A stretch of DNA of 64,000 nt from a bacterium UBP13_UBA5359 (lineage in GTDB: Bacteria > UBP13 > UBA5359): assembly GCA_002410925.1 (NCBI GenBank), contig DHPR01000033.1:392397-456396 (forward strand), written 5' to 3'. The position numbers and the translations under genes are program-made. The notes under the pieces are model-generated. The model ran no database searches and was not told the origin of the DNA. It saw only the letters and a list, made by a program, of their open reading frames with translations. This document shows, piece by piece, positions 20,826 through 31,300 of this stretch (position 1 is the first letter of the stretch; each line of letters begins with the position of its first letter).

Positions 20826-20863
20826 CGTCCGATACCATAAAGAAAGAAAAGAGCGTAAGGCTG

Positions 20864-21991
20864 CTACGCTTTACACTCTTTCATGGCAGCTGTTGTTTCC
20901 TTTAGCTGCTTGATTATCGGTATATGCTGAGGGCATCTCGGTTCGCATTGTCCGCACTCTACGCAGGCAGATGCCCGTCCATCCTCATTTTTCTCCGGCT
21001 TATGGAGCTCTTCGTATCTTTCCACAGCCAGTTTTCGCAACCCGTAGGCTCTGTTCATGTTCATTGCCATAAAGTTTGCCGGAATATCAACACCATTAGG
21101 GCAGGGCATACAGTAATTGCAGCCGGTACAATATAGATCGGCCAGCCGTTTCAGATCTGCAGCCAATTTCATCACACTTTCGTATTCCTCGTTCGTCAAC
21201 GGTTGCTCGCAGGAAGCTGAGACAATATTCTCTTCCAGCATTTGCATACTACCCATCCCGGATAGAGCAAGGCTGACATGAGGATTAGAGAGAACAAAAC
21301 GTATGGCTAACTCTGGAGTACTAGATACGCCCGGCACGGCTCTCATAAGCTTTTCAGAAGGATGCATAAGCCTGCCTCCGGCTACAGGCCCCATAACGAC
21401 TACACCCACTCCTTTGGAATGAGCATAAGCAACAGCATCCTCGTTACTGCGATCCAGTAAATTATACTGAAGTGTTATTACCTCGAACTCTCCTGTATCG
21501 ATAAGCCTTATAAGATTCTGCGGTGTATCATGGAAAGAGATACAGCAATGCTTGAAAAGCCCTTCATCATATGCTCTGCGCGCCTCCTGACCGAAGCCAC
21601 CGGGAACATCATACTTCTCCGTATATGTCTGCCAGTCCATACCGTGCACCACACAATAGAAATCAATACAATCGGTCCCCAATCTATGTAGCGACTGATC
21701 GAGTGTGCGACGCCATATTTCAGGCGAAGAATGATCCCAAACAGGGTTTTTAGTGGAAATATATACCTTGTCACGAAGATCCCTCAGAGCCTCCCCCAAA
21801 ACAGCCTCACACTCTCCATTGCCGTAGCCGACTGCGGTATCGAAATAATTCATACCCATCCTGACTGCCCGCCTCAGCATAGGAATAGCCTCGGCCCTAT
21901 TTATATCCTCTCCGGACATAGGAAGGCGCATAGTCCCGAACCCCAGCCTGGATACTTTTGCGCCTGTTTTGCCTAACTCAGTGTATTGCAT
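20864..21991 (-). CDS. Aldo/keto reductase with C-terminal 4Fe-4S dicluster
   Basis: LGFGTMRLP, YFDTAVGY, CTGCNYCMPCP and CVECGQCEPRCPQ. Confidence 0.92.
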   Translation of the reverse strand: MQYTELGKTGAKVSRLGFGTMRLPMSGEDINRAEAIPMLRRAVRMGMNYFDTAVGYGNGECEAVLGEALRDLRDKVYISTKNPVWDHSSPEIWRRTLDQSLHRLGTDCIDFYCVVHGMDWQTYTEKYDVPGGFGQEARRAYDEGLFKHCCISFHDTPQNLIRLIDTGEFEVITLQYNLLDRSNEDAVAYAHSKGVGVVVMGPVAGGRLMHPSEKLMRAVPGVSSTPELAIRFVLSNPHVSLALSGMGSMQMLEENIVSASCEQPLTNEEYESVMKLAADLKRLADLYCTGCNYCMPCPNGVDIPANFMAMNMNRAYGLRKLAVERYEELHKPEKNEDGRASACVECGQCEPRCPQHIPIIKQLKETTAAMKECKA

Positions 21992-22048
21992 TGCTTAGCT
22001 CCTTATTGGAATATTCAAAACACCATCCCTGCCGTTATTTGTGATTGA

Positions 22049-23407
22049 TTACTCTCCTCCCAAAAGATTAAGGATTTCCTCGGTTTTCTTCTTTAACAAC
22101 TCTTTGTCTCCGCGTGTTTCCACATTGAGCCTTACTACCGGCTCTGTGTTGGACATACGCAGATTAAAACGCCAGCGATCGAATTCCAAACCGATACCGT
22201 CCGTCCTGTCTATATGCAGGCTCCTAGGTCCATATTCTGCCAGAACCCTCTCTATAGCCTTAGCCGGATTATCGAGCCGTCGATTAATCTCACCGCTGAC
22301 CGGGTAAAGCTTCTCACGCTCGTATACAAGTTCAGATAATTTTTTACCGCTGTTGCTCATCGTCTCGAGGACTATCAGCCAGGGTATCATACCGCTATCG
22401 CAATAAGCAAAATCTTTGAAGTAGTGGTGAGCTGACATTTCGCCGCCGTAAACGGCATCCTCCGCCCTCATGCGCTCTTTCATAAAGGCATGCCCCGTCT
22501 TGTTCTCTATTGGAGATCCTCCAGCTTCCCTGACTATCTCTACGGTATTCCAGGTTAATCTGGGGTCATGAACGATCCCGGCGCCGGAATGTCGTTTCAA
22601 TATCTGGGAAGCCAGCAGACCTACGATGTAATATCCCTCTATGAATTCTCCATTCTCATCGAAAAAGAAGCAACGATCATAATCTCCATCCCAGGCAATA
22701 CCTATATCCGCCTTCTCTCGTCGGACCACTTCAGCCGTTGCTTTACGGTTTTCCGTCAGCAACGGATTAGGTACGCCGTTGGGAAATGTTCCATCAGGCG
22801 TAAAAAGAAGTTTGATGAAATCGCAAGGCAGATACTTCTCCAGAGCATCCATAACCATGCCGGCACCACCGTTGCCGGCATTGCAGACAACCTTGAACGG
22901 CTTGATCTTTGCAGCATCAATAAAGCTAAGAAGGCATTCTATATATGCAGGCATAATATTCACTTTCTCCACATCTCCTGCTACCCGGCCGGTTACCTCC
23001 TTGCCGGCAATCACCAGCGCCTCTATCTCTCTTAACCCTGAATCACCGCTTATCGGTCTGGATTGCTCCCGCACCAGCTTCATACCATTATAGTCTGCCG
23101 GATTATGACTGGCGGTAACCATTATTCCCCCATCCAATTCCAGATGAGCGGTGGCAAAGTATATCTGCTCTGTTCCACAAAGCCCTATATCGACTACATC
23201 AACTCCGGCTTTGACAAGTCCCCTGGTCAGAGCACCGGCCAGCGTCGGGCTGGAAAGACGAATGTCGTATCCAACAGCAATCCTTTTTGGCTGGAACAGA
23301 GCGGCATATGCCTGTCCTATACGATAAGCCATCTCCTCATCAAGTTCATCGGGCACCCTGCCACGGATATCATATGCCTTAAACGCCGCAATTTTCATAG
23401 TGCTCAT
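22049..23407 (-). CDS. manB: Phosphomannomutase/phosphoglucomutase
   Basis: FKAYDIRG, TASHNP, DGDYDR, GEMSAH and RMSNTEP motifs. Confidence 0.95.
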   Translation of the reverse strand: MSTMKIAAFKAYDIRGRVPDELDEEMAYRIGQAYAALFQPKRIAVGYDIRLSSPTLAGALTRGLVKAGVDVVDIGLCGTEQIYFATAHLELDGGIMVTASHNPADYNGMKLVREQSRPISGDSGLREIEALVIAGKEVTGRVAGDVEKVNIMPAYIECLLSFIDAAKIKPFKVVCNAGNGGAGMVMDALEKYLPCDFIKLLFTPDGTFPNGVPNPLLTENRKATAEVVRREKADIGIAWDGDYDRCFFFDENGEFIEGYYIVGLLASQILKRHSGAGIVHDPRLTWNTVEIVREAGGSPIENKTGHAFMKERMRAEDAVYGGEMSAHHYFKDFAYCDSGMIPWLIVLETMSNSGKKLSELVYEREKLYPVSGEINRRLDNPAKAIERVLAEYGPRSLHIDRTDGIGLEFDRWRFNLRMSNTEPVVRLNVETRGDKELLKKKTEEILNLLGGE

Positions 23408-23492
23408 TATTTCCTCCTGCTATTAAGCTTTTCTATCTACTTCAAGTATATTACCCAATACCCGCCATTAAGACAACCTGCCATGCATCAAA

Positions 23493-26400
23493 TTATCCTC
23501 TGCAGGCAAAGATATCATGTGCCTGAGCCATGAACGCTGCTAATCTGGCATCTCGTCCGGCATCGACAAACCCATCATAGTCCAGGCTGAGAAAGGGTAT
23601 GCCGTTATGGAAACGACGCAGCTTATGTCCGAGTGATGCAGCAATATTACCCGGCATACAGTTGAACGGTATCACGCTGATAACACCAGCCAGGCCACGC
23701 AGGGCAAAGTCTTCCGCCTTTCCCATGCTGCAGATGGCTTCGCCCCCTATAGACCTGTGGAGATAATTAGAACCATTGGCAATGACCTTCTGCGGAGAGA
23801 TATCGTCAAAGCCTTTCATAAACGGAAGAGTAGCGTTAAAAAGTCTATGCTCATCTCTGGCCGCAAGCTGTGCCAGCACTCTCTTGGATATGCCGTTCTT
23901 CAAATCTTCCCAGCTCCACGTATCCCTGAATGCGTCCAGGTGGAGTATGCCGCCGATAAGATTGGAATAACCGAAAAATTCGGTCAGCGGTGCCAGCCAG
24001 GCTTCCCCTCCGGCTTCCTCTACCTTGCGCATCACATTCTGATTAGCGCGGGCATGTATGCGAACATAGAACTCACCGACGACTCCTATCAACGGTCTCT
24101 CACAATAATCGCAAACAGAGGCGAACTCATCTCTAGCTGAATGCAACAGATCGATCAGCAACGTCAGATGCACACCGTTCAGAATTCGCATATGCCCCCT
24201 CTGCCCGGAAATACGACGACGCTGCCGGGGCAAGAGGTCGCAGAGGGCTTGAATATTACGCTCGAATATTCTGTCCGCCATACCTGCCACACGTTCATAA
24301 GGACGGGCATGATGTAACATCTTCTCCATCATATCATGTGCTACCAGAGCATCCCAGGCCAATAACGGCATCTCTATGCCATAGCCTGCATCATAATTGC
24401 TGTTGCCCAAAGTTACTATATTAACCTCTTCAATGCCCAGCCTGGCCAGAATATCCTTTTGCAGCATATAGTACATACCGTAGCGGCATGGCCCCTCTGA
24501 AGCTCCCTGGAAGAATGCTTCCTTATGCGGATTGAAATCCGGCTGCATAACCCTTTCGATTATATCCTGAGTTGTATAAAGCATCGGCACGCAAACATCC
24601 TCAGATATATGGCGCCGTGCCAGGTTCAAACCGGAATCCTCGGAAAGCGGCAGAACATCGGCATTGATATCGAATGCTCTCATTACGCCGGCCAGTACCC
24701 TGGCCCCCTCGGAGGCATAAGGCAACCATAAACGCTTTTCCTTTATCCATGCCAGCGGCGTATCTGTGGCAGAGATATTACGCTCTTTATTACCGGCGGC
24801 GGCAGCGGATGTATCAGCAAATGCCTCCAGCCTAGTTATAACTCCGGCATCGGCTGTATGCTCATCGAGCTGCATAGCATAACAGGGCATATCAAGCTCT
24901 TCTCTGAAAAATATATTGGCAAATGAATCCGGCCCACAACCAAAATAGGTCAGAATAACAGCTCTCAGCCGCTTGTCACGTTTAAGAAGCTTGGCTGCAG
25001 CCAGCTTTTTCTGAATTTGGCGAGAAAATATATTAGGCCAGACATCATTAGAGCGCTCCTTTGAGAGCGGCAAAAAATCCATAGGAATAGCCAGGATACC
25101 TAAATCCCTTATCTTCTTGCCTATATCCATGTTAACCATTCTATCGTACAATGTGTATGGCCTGCCTATAACTACAAAGGCCTCTTCCTCGTCACCCAGT
25201 TTCTGATAGATTTCAGAACCTCGCGTTTCCACCCAATCATGCAAACGCTTCAAAGCGGTAATTCCGGCCTTCACCGCTCTATCGATTGCACTCTTGCCGA
25301 ATCCCAGTTCGCGCCCCAATTCACCGAGAACCCGCATTACATGGCGCTCTCCTCTTTTAAAGAAGAAGCATGGTGACAAGAGGCGTACTCCGAAGTTCTC
25401 ATCAAGCCGTAAAGCAGCAGCTGTCAGATCAGGGCCAGCCTGCACATAGGGACAGGTATAGCTTTGCCGTATATTTTCATCATTAATTTCCGCATTGATA
25501 ACGCGCGGCATAAAAAGGTAATCTACGCCTTTCTTAATAACGTCGGCTACATGCCCATGAGCAACCTTTACAGGGTAACAAGGCTCACTCATAACACGCC
25601 TAATTCCGTCCCGCACAATAGCTTTATTGGTAGGCGCGGAAGGAACCACCACAAAACCCAGTTCGGCAAAAAAACCGGCGAACAAGGGAAAATACTCTTC
25701 GAACATCAGACCGCGTGGAATACCTACTCTGGCTGCACCGGGTAATGCTTTTGTCCGACAGAGATTCATCAGCATCTCTTCTCGCTCAGCAAAGAGATCT
25801 GGCAAGCATCTATCAGATACCTTCTTATGAACAGCGCTATATTTCTCACACCTGTCGTTATAAAAGTATTTCGGTCCACCCTCTATTTGAAAAGTATTCA
25901 CATCACAGTTATTGGGGCAGCTTTTGCATTCAAAGGACGACATATTATAAATGGCATCGGCCAGCTGAGAGAACCCTTTGAACGATGTCTTCTCCGGGCA
26001 ATTATCATAAGCTATTCCGGCCATCCCGACAGCGCCTGTCAGATGCGGATAAGGCGGCACCACAATCTTCTTGCCCAAAAGAGTTTCAAAAGCAGCCACC
26101 ATGCCTGCATTAAAAGCCACGGCTCCCTGAAAAGCTATACACTCTCCCATAACCCGATTGCCTATATTCTTATGAAGATAATTCTTGACGGAGGCCAGGC
26201 ATATGCCTGCGCAAAGATCCGGCTGGGGAACGTTGTTCTGCTGAAAAAAGAGGATAGCGGATTCAGTGAATACAGTACAGTTCCAATCAAGCTCGGGTGG
26301 ATTGCTTCCTTTCAATGCCAGATCGCCGAATTCCTCTATTGGAATATCCAAACACGCCGCCTGCTTCTCCAAAAAGGCACCGCAGCCTGCGGCACAGGCT

Positions 26401-27716
26401 TTATTCATTTCAAAATCTACGATAACTCCCTTATTGAGCCTTATATATTTAGAATCCTGACCACCTATTTCCAAGATAGTATCTATTTCCGGCACAAAGA
26501 TCGCAGTGCCATTGGCTTGCGCTGTGATCTCGTTGCGAATAGTATCGGCACCTATATAATCGCCTGTCAGATACCGTCCAGAGCCTGTTGTTCCGGCGAC
26601 AATACGGTTAATATGATACTCGCTGGATTGCTCTTCAATATGAGCCAACACATCTTGCACAGCGGATAAGGGATCACCGTCGGTCTTTCTATAATAGGAG
26701 GCCAGAACGCGGTATTCATCTCCCTCTCTGGTTATCAAAGCAGCCTTGGTGCTTACCGAGCCTATATCTACTCCTAAGGCGGCAGTTTCTATCTCCTTAC
26801 GATATCCGCCGGCCTTTTTGCTGCCCATAACCTGTGATAATCTAAGCTTCAGCGGTTTAACATAAGCATAGCTGAACGGCCTGGATGCCAACTCATTCAG
26901 GCTATTGAAAAGATCCGTTTTTACGATACTCTTTGCGGCTTTCAATGCTGCACCGATAGCCCCGAGATGGCGGTAAATTTCAGGAACAAACAGATCATTC
27001 TCCTCTAAACCTATTTCCTGTGCCAGATACTTGATTACTGCTCTATTGGCAGCCACGCCACCGATAAGAGCTATGCGTTGCTCAAAATCCTTGCCGCGGG
27101 CTATGCCGGAGCTATAATTTCGGCAAATAGCCTGGTGTATGCCTGCAGCTATCCTCTCACGGGGAGTTCCCTTTTGATAAAGATGAACAATATCCGATTC
27201 AGTGAAAACAGCGCACCTTCCGGAAAGAGTAGCCGGATTATCAGTCTGATAGGCCGTATCAGCAAATTCAGTCAGTGAAGAAAAATTCAACCGCCGATGC
27301 ATATGATCAAGAAAAGAGCCGGAACCTGCAGCACATTTGCTTCCCATGGAACTATCTTCAAGCACCAGCCTGCCTGTTCTATCGTTCCTGGCAAGATGAA
27401 TAAAACGCTGAGTCTCTCTTCCCATCTCCACAAGAGTTCTTATATCCGAGTAATATCGGCTGCAGGCGGCGGCCAAAGCGCTGGTTTCATCCACCTCATC
27501 GCCTCCCAATCCGCTTATCCTGCCGTTACCGGTAATGCCGAACTGCATCTCCTCATTTAGCAATCCTGCGCTGTTCATTTCGGATAATAGCTCGTTCAAG
27601 CGATACAGCGCCCGTCCCTGTACTTCAACCAGCCGGAGGTCAAGTATTGAGCCCTTCTCATCCAGAATGGCGGTTTTTAAGGTTTCTGCTCCAATATCTA
27701 TTCCTAACTTACGCAT
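23493..27716 (-). CDS. Fused acyl-CoA dehydratase activase-type protein (two ASKHA ATPase domains, DUF2229, HgdD-like); PlsA/PlsR or Ger-like
   Basis: GIDIG...CAAGSGSFL...CAVF; GVDIGSVSTK...EIGGQDSK...CAAGCGAFLE...CTVF; CYPVKVAHGH, GRPY, FGCGPD; GPCRYG, GVVGEFY, PFNCMPG. Confidence 0.85.
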   Translation of the reverse strand: MRKLGIDIGAETLKTAILDEKGSILDLRLVEVQGRALYRLNELLSEMNSAGLLNEEMQFGITGNGRISGLGGDEVDETSALAAACSRYYSDIRTLVEMGRETQRFIHLARNDRTGRLVLEDSSMGSKCAAGSGSFLDHMHRRLNFSSLTEFADTAYQTDNPATLSGRCAVFTESDIVHLYQKGTPRERIAAGIHQAICRNYSSGIARGKDFEQRIALIGGVAANRAVIKYLAQEIGLEENDLFVPEIYRHLGAIGAALKAAKSIVKTDLFNSLNELASRPFSYAYVKPLKLRLSQVMGSKKAGGYRKEIETAALGVDIGSVSTKAALITREGDEYRVLASYYRKTDGDPLSAVQDVLAHIEEQSSEYHINRIVAGTTGSGRYLTGDYIGADTIRNEITAQANGTAIFVPEIDTILEIGGQDSKYIRLNKGVIVDFEMNKACAAGCGAFLEKQAACLDIPIEEFGDLALKGSNPPELDWNCTVFTESAILFFQQNNVPQPDLCAGICLASVKNYLHKNIGNRVMGECIAFQGAVAFNAGMVAAFETLLGKKIVVPPYPHLTGAVGMAGIAYDNCPEKTSFKGFSQLADAIYNMSSFECKSCPNNCDVNTFQIEGGPKYFYNDRCEKYSAVHKKVSDRCLPDLFAEREEMLMNLCRTKALPGAARVGIPRGLMFEEYFPLFAGFFAELGFVVVPSAPTNKAIVRDGIRRVMSEPCYPVKVAHGHVADVIKKGVDYLFMPRVINAEINDENIRQSYTCPYVQAGPDLTAAALRLDENFGVRLLSPCFFFKRGERHVMRVLGELGRELGFGKSAIDRAVKAGITALKRLHDWVETRGSEIYQKLGDEEEAFVVIGRPYTLYDRMVNMDIGKKIRDLGILAIPMDFLPLSKERSNDVWPNIFSRQIQKKLAAAKLLKRDKRLRAVILTYFGCGPDSFANIFFREELDMPCYAMQLDEHTADAGVITRLEAFADTSAAAAGNKERNISATDTPLAWIKEKRLWLPYASEGARVLAGVMRAFDINADVLPLSEDSGLNLARRHISEDVCVPMLYTTQDIIERVMQPDFNPHKEAFFQGASEGPCRYGMYYMLQKDILARLGIEEVNIVTLGNSNYDAGYGIEMPLLAWDALVAHDMMEKMLHHARPYERVAGMADRIFERNIQALCDLLPRQRRRISGQRGHMRILNGVHLTLLIDLLHSARDEFASVCDYCERPLIGVVGEFYVRIHARANQNVMRKVEEAGGEAWLAPLTEFFGYSNLIGGILHLDAFRDTWSWEDLKNGISKRVLAQLAARDEHRLFNATLPFMKGFDDISPQKVIANGSNYLHRSIGGEAICSMGKAEDFALRGLAGVISVIPFNCMPGNIAASLGHKLRRFHNGIPFLSLDYDGFVDAGRDARLAAFMAQAHDIFACRG

Positions 27717-27905
27717 CTAAAGCTATCCTCCAAACAAATAATCCCTTGCTAAATATTATATTACACAACAACCGGTAATTACAAAATTCTACAAGCTTAG
27801 CCGGTGCAAAAATCAAGCCTAAAGAGCAAGCAAGTTTATTGCTGGAGAATTGAAGTGCGGTTGCTAATTGTCAAATTTATCTAATTCCTGCTAAAATCAA
27901 CTATT

Positions 27906-29021
27906 ATGAGTAAAATAATTATAACCGCGCCCGGCACGCCGCTACGCCGGAGCATAGATCATATTTTAGGCAGCCTGTGCCCACAGCCGGCAGGGAAAAG
28001 AATATGGGTCAAACCCAATATGCTGGGTCCCTTTGAGCCTGCCCAGGGTGTAACCACCAGCCCGGAAGTCTTGGAAGCAGTGGTGGATGCCTTGCTGAAT
28101 CGTCGAGCAAGTGTCGTAGTAGGAGATAATCCGGGAGTACCTGGCAATCAGGAAGGGATTGCTGCCATAACGGGTATCCTGAATGCATCAAAAGGTTGCT
28201 GGCGCAATATCGGTGCCGATGCAAGCAAGATACGCCTCGCCGGGCGCTGGTCAGATGTAACCATCAATATTTCCTCCATCTGGCTCCAGGCGGACATGAT
28301 CATTAATCTGCCCTGTTTAAAAACTCATGCTTTGACTCTTATGACAGGAGCCATAAAGAATATGTTCGGCGGCGTACCGGGAAGAACAAAATCCTATCTT
28401 CACACTCTTGCTCCCTCTGCAAAGAGCTTTGCCGAGCTGCTGGTGGAGATATACAGCATCAGGCCGCCTGAAATTACAATTATGGATGCATTAAATGTCA
28501 TGGAGGGAAACGGTCCCTCAGGCGGAAGATTGCGGCCCCTAGGCGTAATCATCGGGGGGGATAACAGCGTTTCGGTCGATGCCGTAGGCAGCATGATCAT
28601 GGGCTGCAGGCCTGAAAAAATTCCTCTTTTAAGAGAGGCTTATCGGCGTGAATTGGGAGAGATAGATCCGGGCAAACTAGACGTTGAAGGTGAAATACCT
28701 CTGCTGCCGCGCTTTAAAATGCCTTCTACCACAATGGCATCCATAGCCAGCCGGTTCAATCCGCTGGCAGCTATATATGCAGTTGTGCCGCAGATAATCA
28801 AGGATAAATGCATACGTTGCGGCCTATGCGCCCGCACCTGCCGTTCCAGAGCAATTATTGAGAAAGAGGCATTGTATTTTATTGATTACAACCGCTGTAT
28901 ATCATGTTACTGCTGTGCCGAGGTCTGCCCGCGTCAGGCTATTCGCCTTCCATCTGCAAGGGATGACCTTTTTCAGCGCATATTTCACCTGTTTGCAAAA
29001 CGTTTTCGTGATGAAAGTTAA
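27906..29021 (+). CDS. DUF362 domain protein with two 4Fe-4S ferredoxin motifs
   Basis: VKPNML, TTSPEV, LKTH, GAIKNMFG, MEGNGP; CIRCGLCARTC and CISCYCCAEVCP. Confidence 0.9.
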   Translation: MSKIIITAPGTPLRRSIDHILGSLCPQPAGKRIWVKPNMLGPFEPAQGVTTSPEVLEAVVDALLNRRASVVVGDNPGVPGNQEGIAAITGILNASKGCWRNIGADASKIRLAGRWSDVTINISSIWLQADMIINLPCLKTHALTLMTGAIKNMFGGVPGRTKSYLHTLAPSAKSFAELLVEIYSIRPPEITIMDALNVMEGNGPSGGRLRPLGVIIGGDNSVSVDAVGSMIMGCRPEKIPLLREAYRRELGEIDPGKLDVEGEIPLLPRFKMPSTTMASIASRFNPLAAIYAVVPQIIKDKCIRCGLCARTCRSRAIIEKEALYFIDYNRCISCYCCAEVCPRQAIRLPSARDDLFQRIFHLFAKRFRDES

Positions 29022-29031
29022 CCACAACAAA

Positions 29032-29064
29032 GAGCCGGTTCTCATTTGAAATGAGAACCGGCTC
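29032..29064. terminator. Strong hairpin between convergent genes, likely terminator
   Basis: GAGCCGGTTCTCATTT-G-AAATGAGAACCGGCTC. Confidence 0.7.
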
Positions 29065-29103
29065 CTGTTCGAGTCAATAAAATCTTAATGACTCATAATG
29101 ACA

Positions 29104-29406
29104 CTACCAAGAGCTGCGGCGGGACGTATCCGGCTTATAGCACTCGCGGCAATATACCGGGCGATCGTTACGCGGCTGAAAAGGCACCTTGGTGTCTTTT
29201 CCGCAAGCAGAGCAAACAGCATCAAACATCTCTCGCTGTCCTCCAAAACCTCTGTCACGTGATGCGGCTTTACGAGCTGCACGGCAATCGGGACATCTCT
29301 TGGGGTCATTGCTGAACCCCTTCTCTGCATGAAATTCTTGCTCACTTGCTGTAAACACAAAGGTTGCATTGCACTCCACACAGGTCAGTTCACGATCTTG
29401 AAACAC
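29104..29406 (-). CDS. Zinc-ribbon protein (zf-trcl plus CxxC-x17-CxxC), paralog of 3781-4062
   Basis: GTG start after a GGGAGG RBS: (M)FQDRELTCVEC...FVFTASEQEF...PKRCPDC...CSAC...VPFQP...PVYCREC. Confidence 0.9.
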   Translation of the reverse strand: MFQDRELTCVECNATFVFTASEQEFHAEKGFSNDPKRCPDCRAARKAASRDRGFGGQREMFDAVCSACGKDTKVPFQPRNDRPVYCRECYKPDTSRRSSW

Positions 29407-29521
29407 GCTATGTTCCTCCCTATTCTTTTTCGTCATACTAAAACGGGCTCAGATTCCGTTAGTATGACGACCTCCTTGGGTGAACATAACGTGACCGAGA
29501 CTCATTTTGCAGACCTAATTC

Positions 29522-29550
29522 ATTATACAGACGTCAATAAAGATTGTCAA
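29522..29550 (-). promoter_or_regulatory. Consensus sigma70 promoter of the second zinc-ribbon gene
   Basis: TTGACA (29550-29545), 17 bp spacer, TATAAT (29527-29522). Confidence 0.8.
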
Positions 29551-29709
29551 ACTCAACTCAGCAGGCTAAACAACACCGTTAATATTGCCTTAACGTTACT
29601 GACCGGTCCTTTTTTTCTCCATTGCAAATCATCTTCTAACTTTTAAATCCAAGCACATTTACCGGTATGTGCCCCATTGAAGCAAAGGGAAGCTACGTTG
29701 AAAAAATAT

Positions 29710-31179
29710 TTATGACAAAGAGCTCCATTTGTAACGGACTGTATACTCGAGAATGGCCTCCTTGCCGGCAGAGATCTGCAGAGGAAATTCCACTGTTCTG
29801 GCATCCTTCTTCTCATACTTTGCCGTAGCTCTGACGATTTCCCAATCAGTATAACGATCTAAATGTTCGACTGCTTTAACGGTTACACTCTCTCTTTTGT
29901 GATTACGAATCTTTATTTTATAACTCTCCTCAATAACTCTGTCGGCTATTCTGCGTACGTCGGTCTGCACTCGCTCTCCTACAACGTCGAAGGCATTGCC
30001 TACATAGAGAGTGAGAGTTTCGTCTTTGGGCGTATGCCCAAGAGTATCCTCACCGATGAATTGTAAGCTGCCCTCGTCATCGCCCTTGTTGATTCTGATC
30101 TTGCCGGCAGGAAGAGGCATTCCAAGATTATTCTTCTCGCTGTTGGCCAGCTCGATAAATATATTTATCTTGGTGTTGCCCGCAGCGGCAGGTATATAGC
30201 CCTTGTATCCGGGCGGAGCATATCTCTTTTTGGCGCCGTCATAGTAATAGAGCTTTTTAATCGGTACTCTGGAAGCGCTGAGAAGCTCGATCTGCTTAAT
30301 CTCATTATTGAGCAAGGTGGCAGGTCGCTGCAAAGTGTAAAGATGATACTCAAAGAAGCTCTGTTCTTTAAATTGTTCTCCTGCTGCATCGGTCAGCATA
30401 GCCTCCCGGGCATAGTTGGTCTTCATCGTGGGAGATGCCGGCGTTACCAGATTCAGATCACCGGCCATGAGCTTGAGCTTGGCATTATTATAGGTTCCGC
30501 CACTTCTGTTGTTGAGCGTCACCCAGCCTGTCAGATCAAGCATCTTTTCATCTGGCGATAACGTGGCCACATAATCTGATTTCCAATCTATACCGCCGGT
30601 CAAATATCGCACCTCTACAAGATGCTTTCCCGCTACGGCATTATCAATCTCCCAAACCATTGTCGGCCTGGTTATAAGCCCTTCCGGTAGAGAGGGATAT
30701 CTTATCTCCCTTACCTTATCAAGACGAATATTCACTATCCGGCCATCATTTCGCATAAGGATTATGCTGCCGCTCCCGGCAAGACGGCTCGCTCCGCCAC
30801 TAAGCAGCTTGCCGTCATATAAGGTGGAATCTTCAGTTACAACGACTATCTCTTTATCCAGATAACGCTGCAGCAAAGAATGGTCGCTAACCAGGTCATA
30901 CTGATAACTCTGTTCCAGTATCCGACACTTTCCGGGGCTTGTCAGGCTGTAGAATTGTAACGAGGTGGGATCTATCATCCCGGCTACACCCTCATAACGT
31001 ATTTCAGAGGTTCCTCCCTTTAGATCCATATATCGTCGTTCTGTTACCAACCCCAAATTCCTGTTATAAACAGTAAGCTCAATACCCTCCCCTGATTGTT
31101 TTAACGATCCCGCCTGAGCTGTAACAACCTGTATCGCCAATACAGCCGCAACCAATCCAACAATAAAAGTCTTTCTCAT
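29710..31179 (-). CDS. DUF4139 domain exported protein
   Basis: Signal peptide from ATG 31179 (AGGAGG RBS); LTVYNRNLGLV, YLTGGIDWKSDY, FEYHLYTL, LGMPLPAG and GNAFDV motifs. Confidence 0.85.
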   Translation of the reverse strand: MRKTFIVGLVAAVLAIQVVTAQAGSLKQSGEGIELTVYNRNLGLVTERRYMDLKGGTSEIRYEGVAGMIDPTSLQFYSLTSPGKCRILEQSYQYDLVSDHSLLQRYLDKEIVVVTEDSTLYDGKLLSGGASRLAGSGSIILMRNDGRIVNIRLDKVREIRYPSLPEGLITRPTMVWEIDNAVAGKHLVEVRYLTGGIDWKSDYVATLSPDEKMLDLTGWVTLNNRSGGTYNNAKLKLMAGDLNLVTPASPTMKTNYAREAMLTDAAGEQFKEQSFFEYHLYTLQRPATLLNNEIKQIELLSASRVPIKKLYYYDGAKKRYAPPGYKGYIPAAAGNTKINIFIELANSEKNNLGMPLPAGKIRINKGDDEGSLQFIGEDTLGHTPKDETLTLYVGNAFDVVGERVQTDVRRIADRVIEESYKIKIRNHKRESVTVKAVEHLDRYTDWEIVRATAKYEKKDARTVEFPLQISAGKEAILEYTVRYKWSSLS

Positions 31180-31262
31180 TTCAACCTCCTGTATCTTGAG
31201 CAGAAAGTTACAGGCAGGTATCTGCCCTCCATCCATGTAACTATCTGCCGGCACTACAGTAG

Positions 31263-31291
31263 TTAGACGATGTCAAAAGTTCGCCGGTTCC
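31263..31291 (-). promoter_or_regulatory. Putative ECF-sigma promoter upstream of the DUF4139 gene
   Basis: GGAACC-N16-CGTCTAA on the minus strand. Confidence 0.45.
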
Positions 31292-31300
31292 ATTATATTC

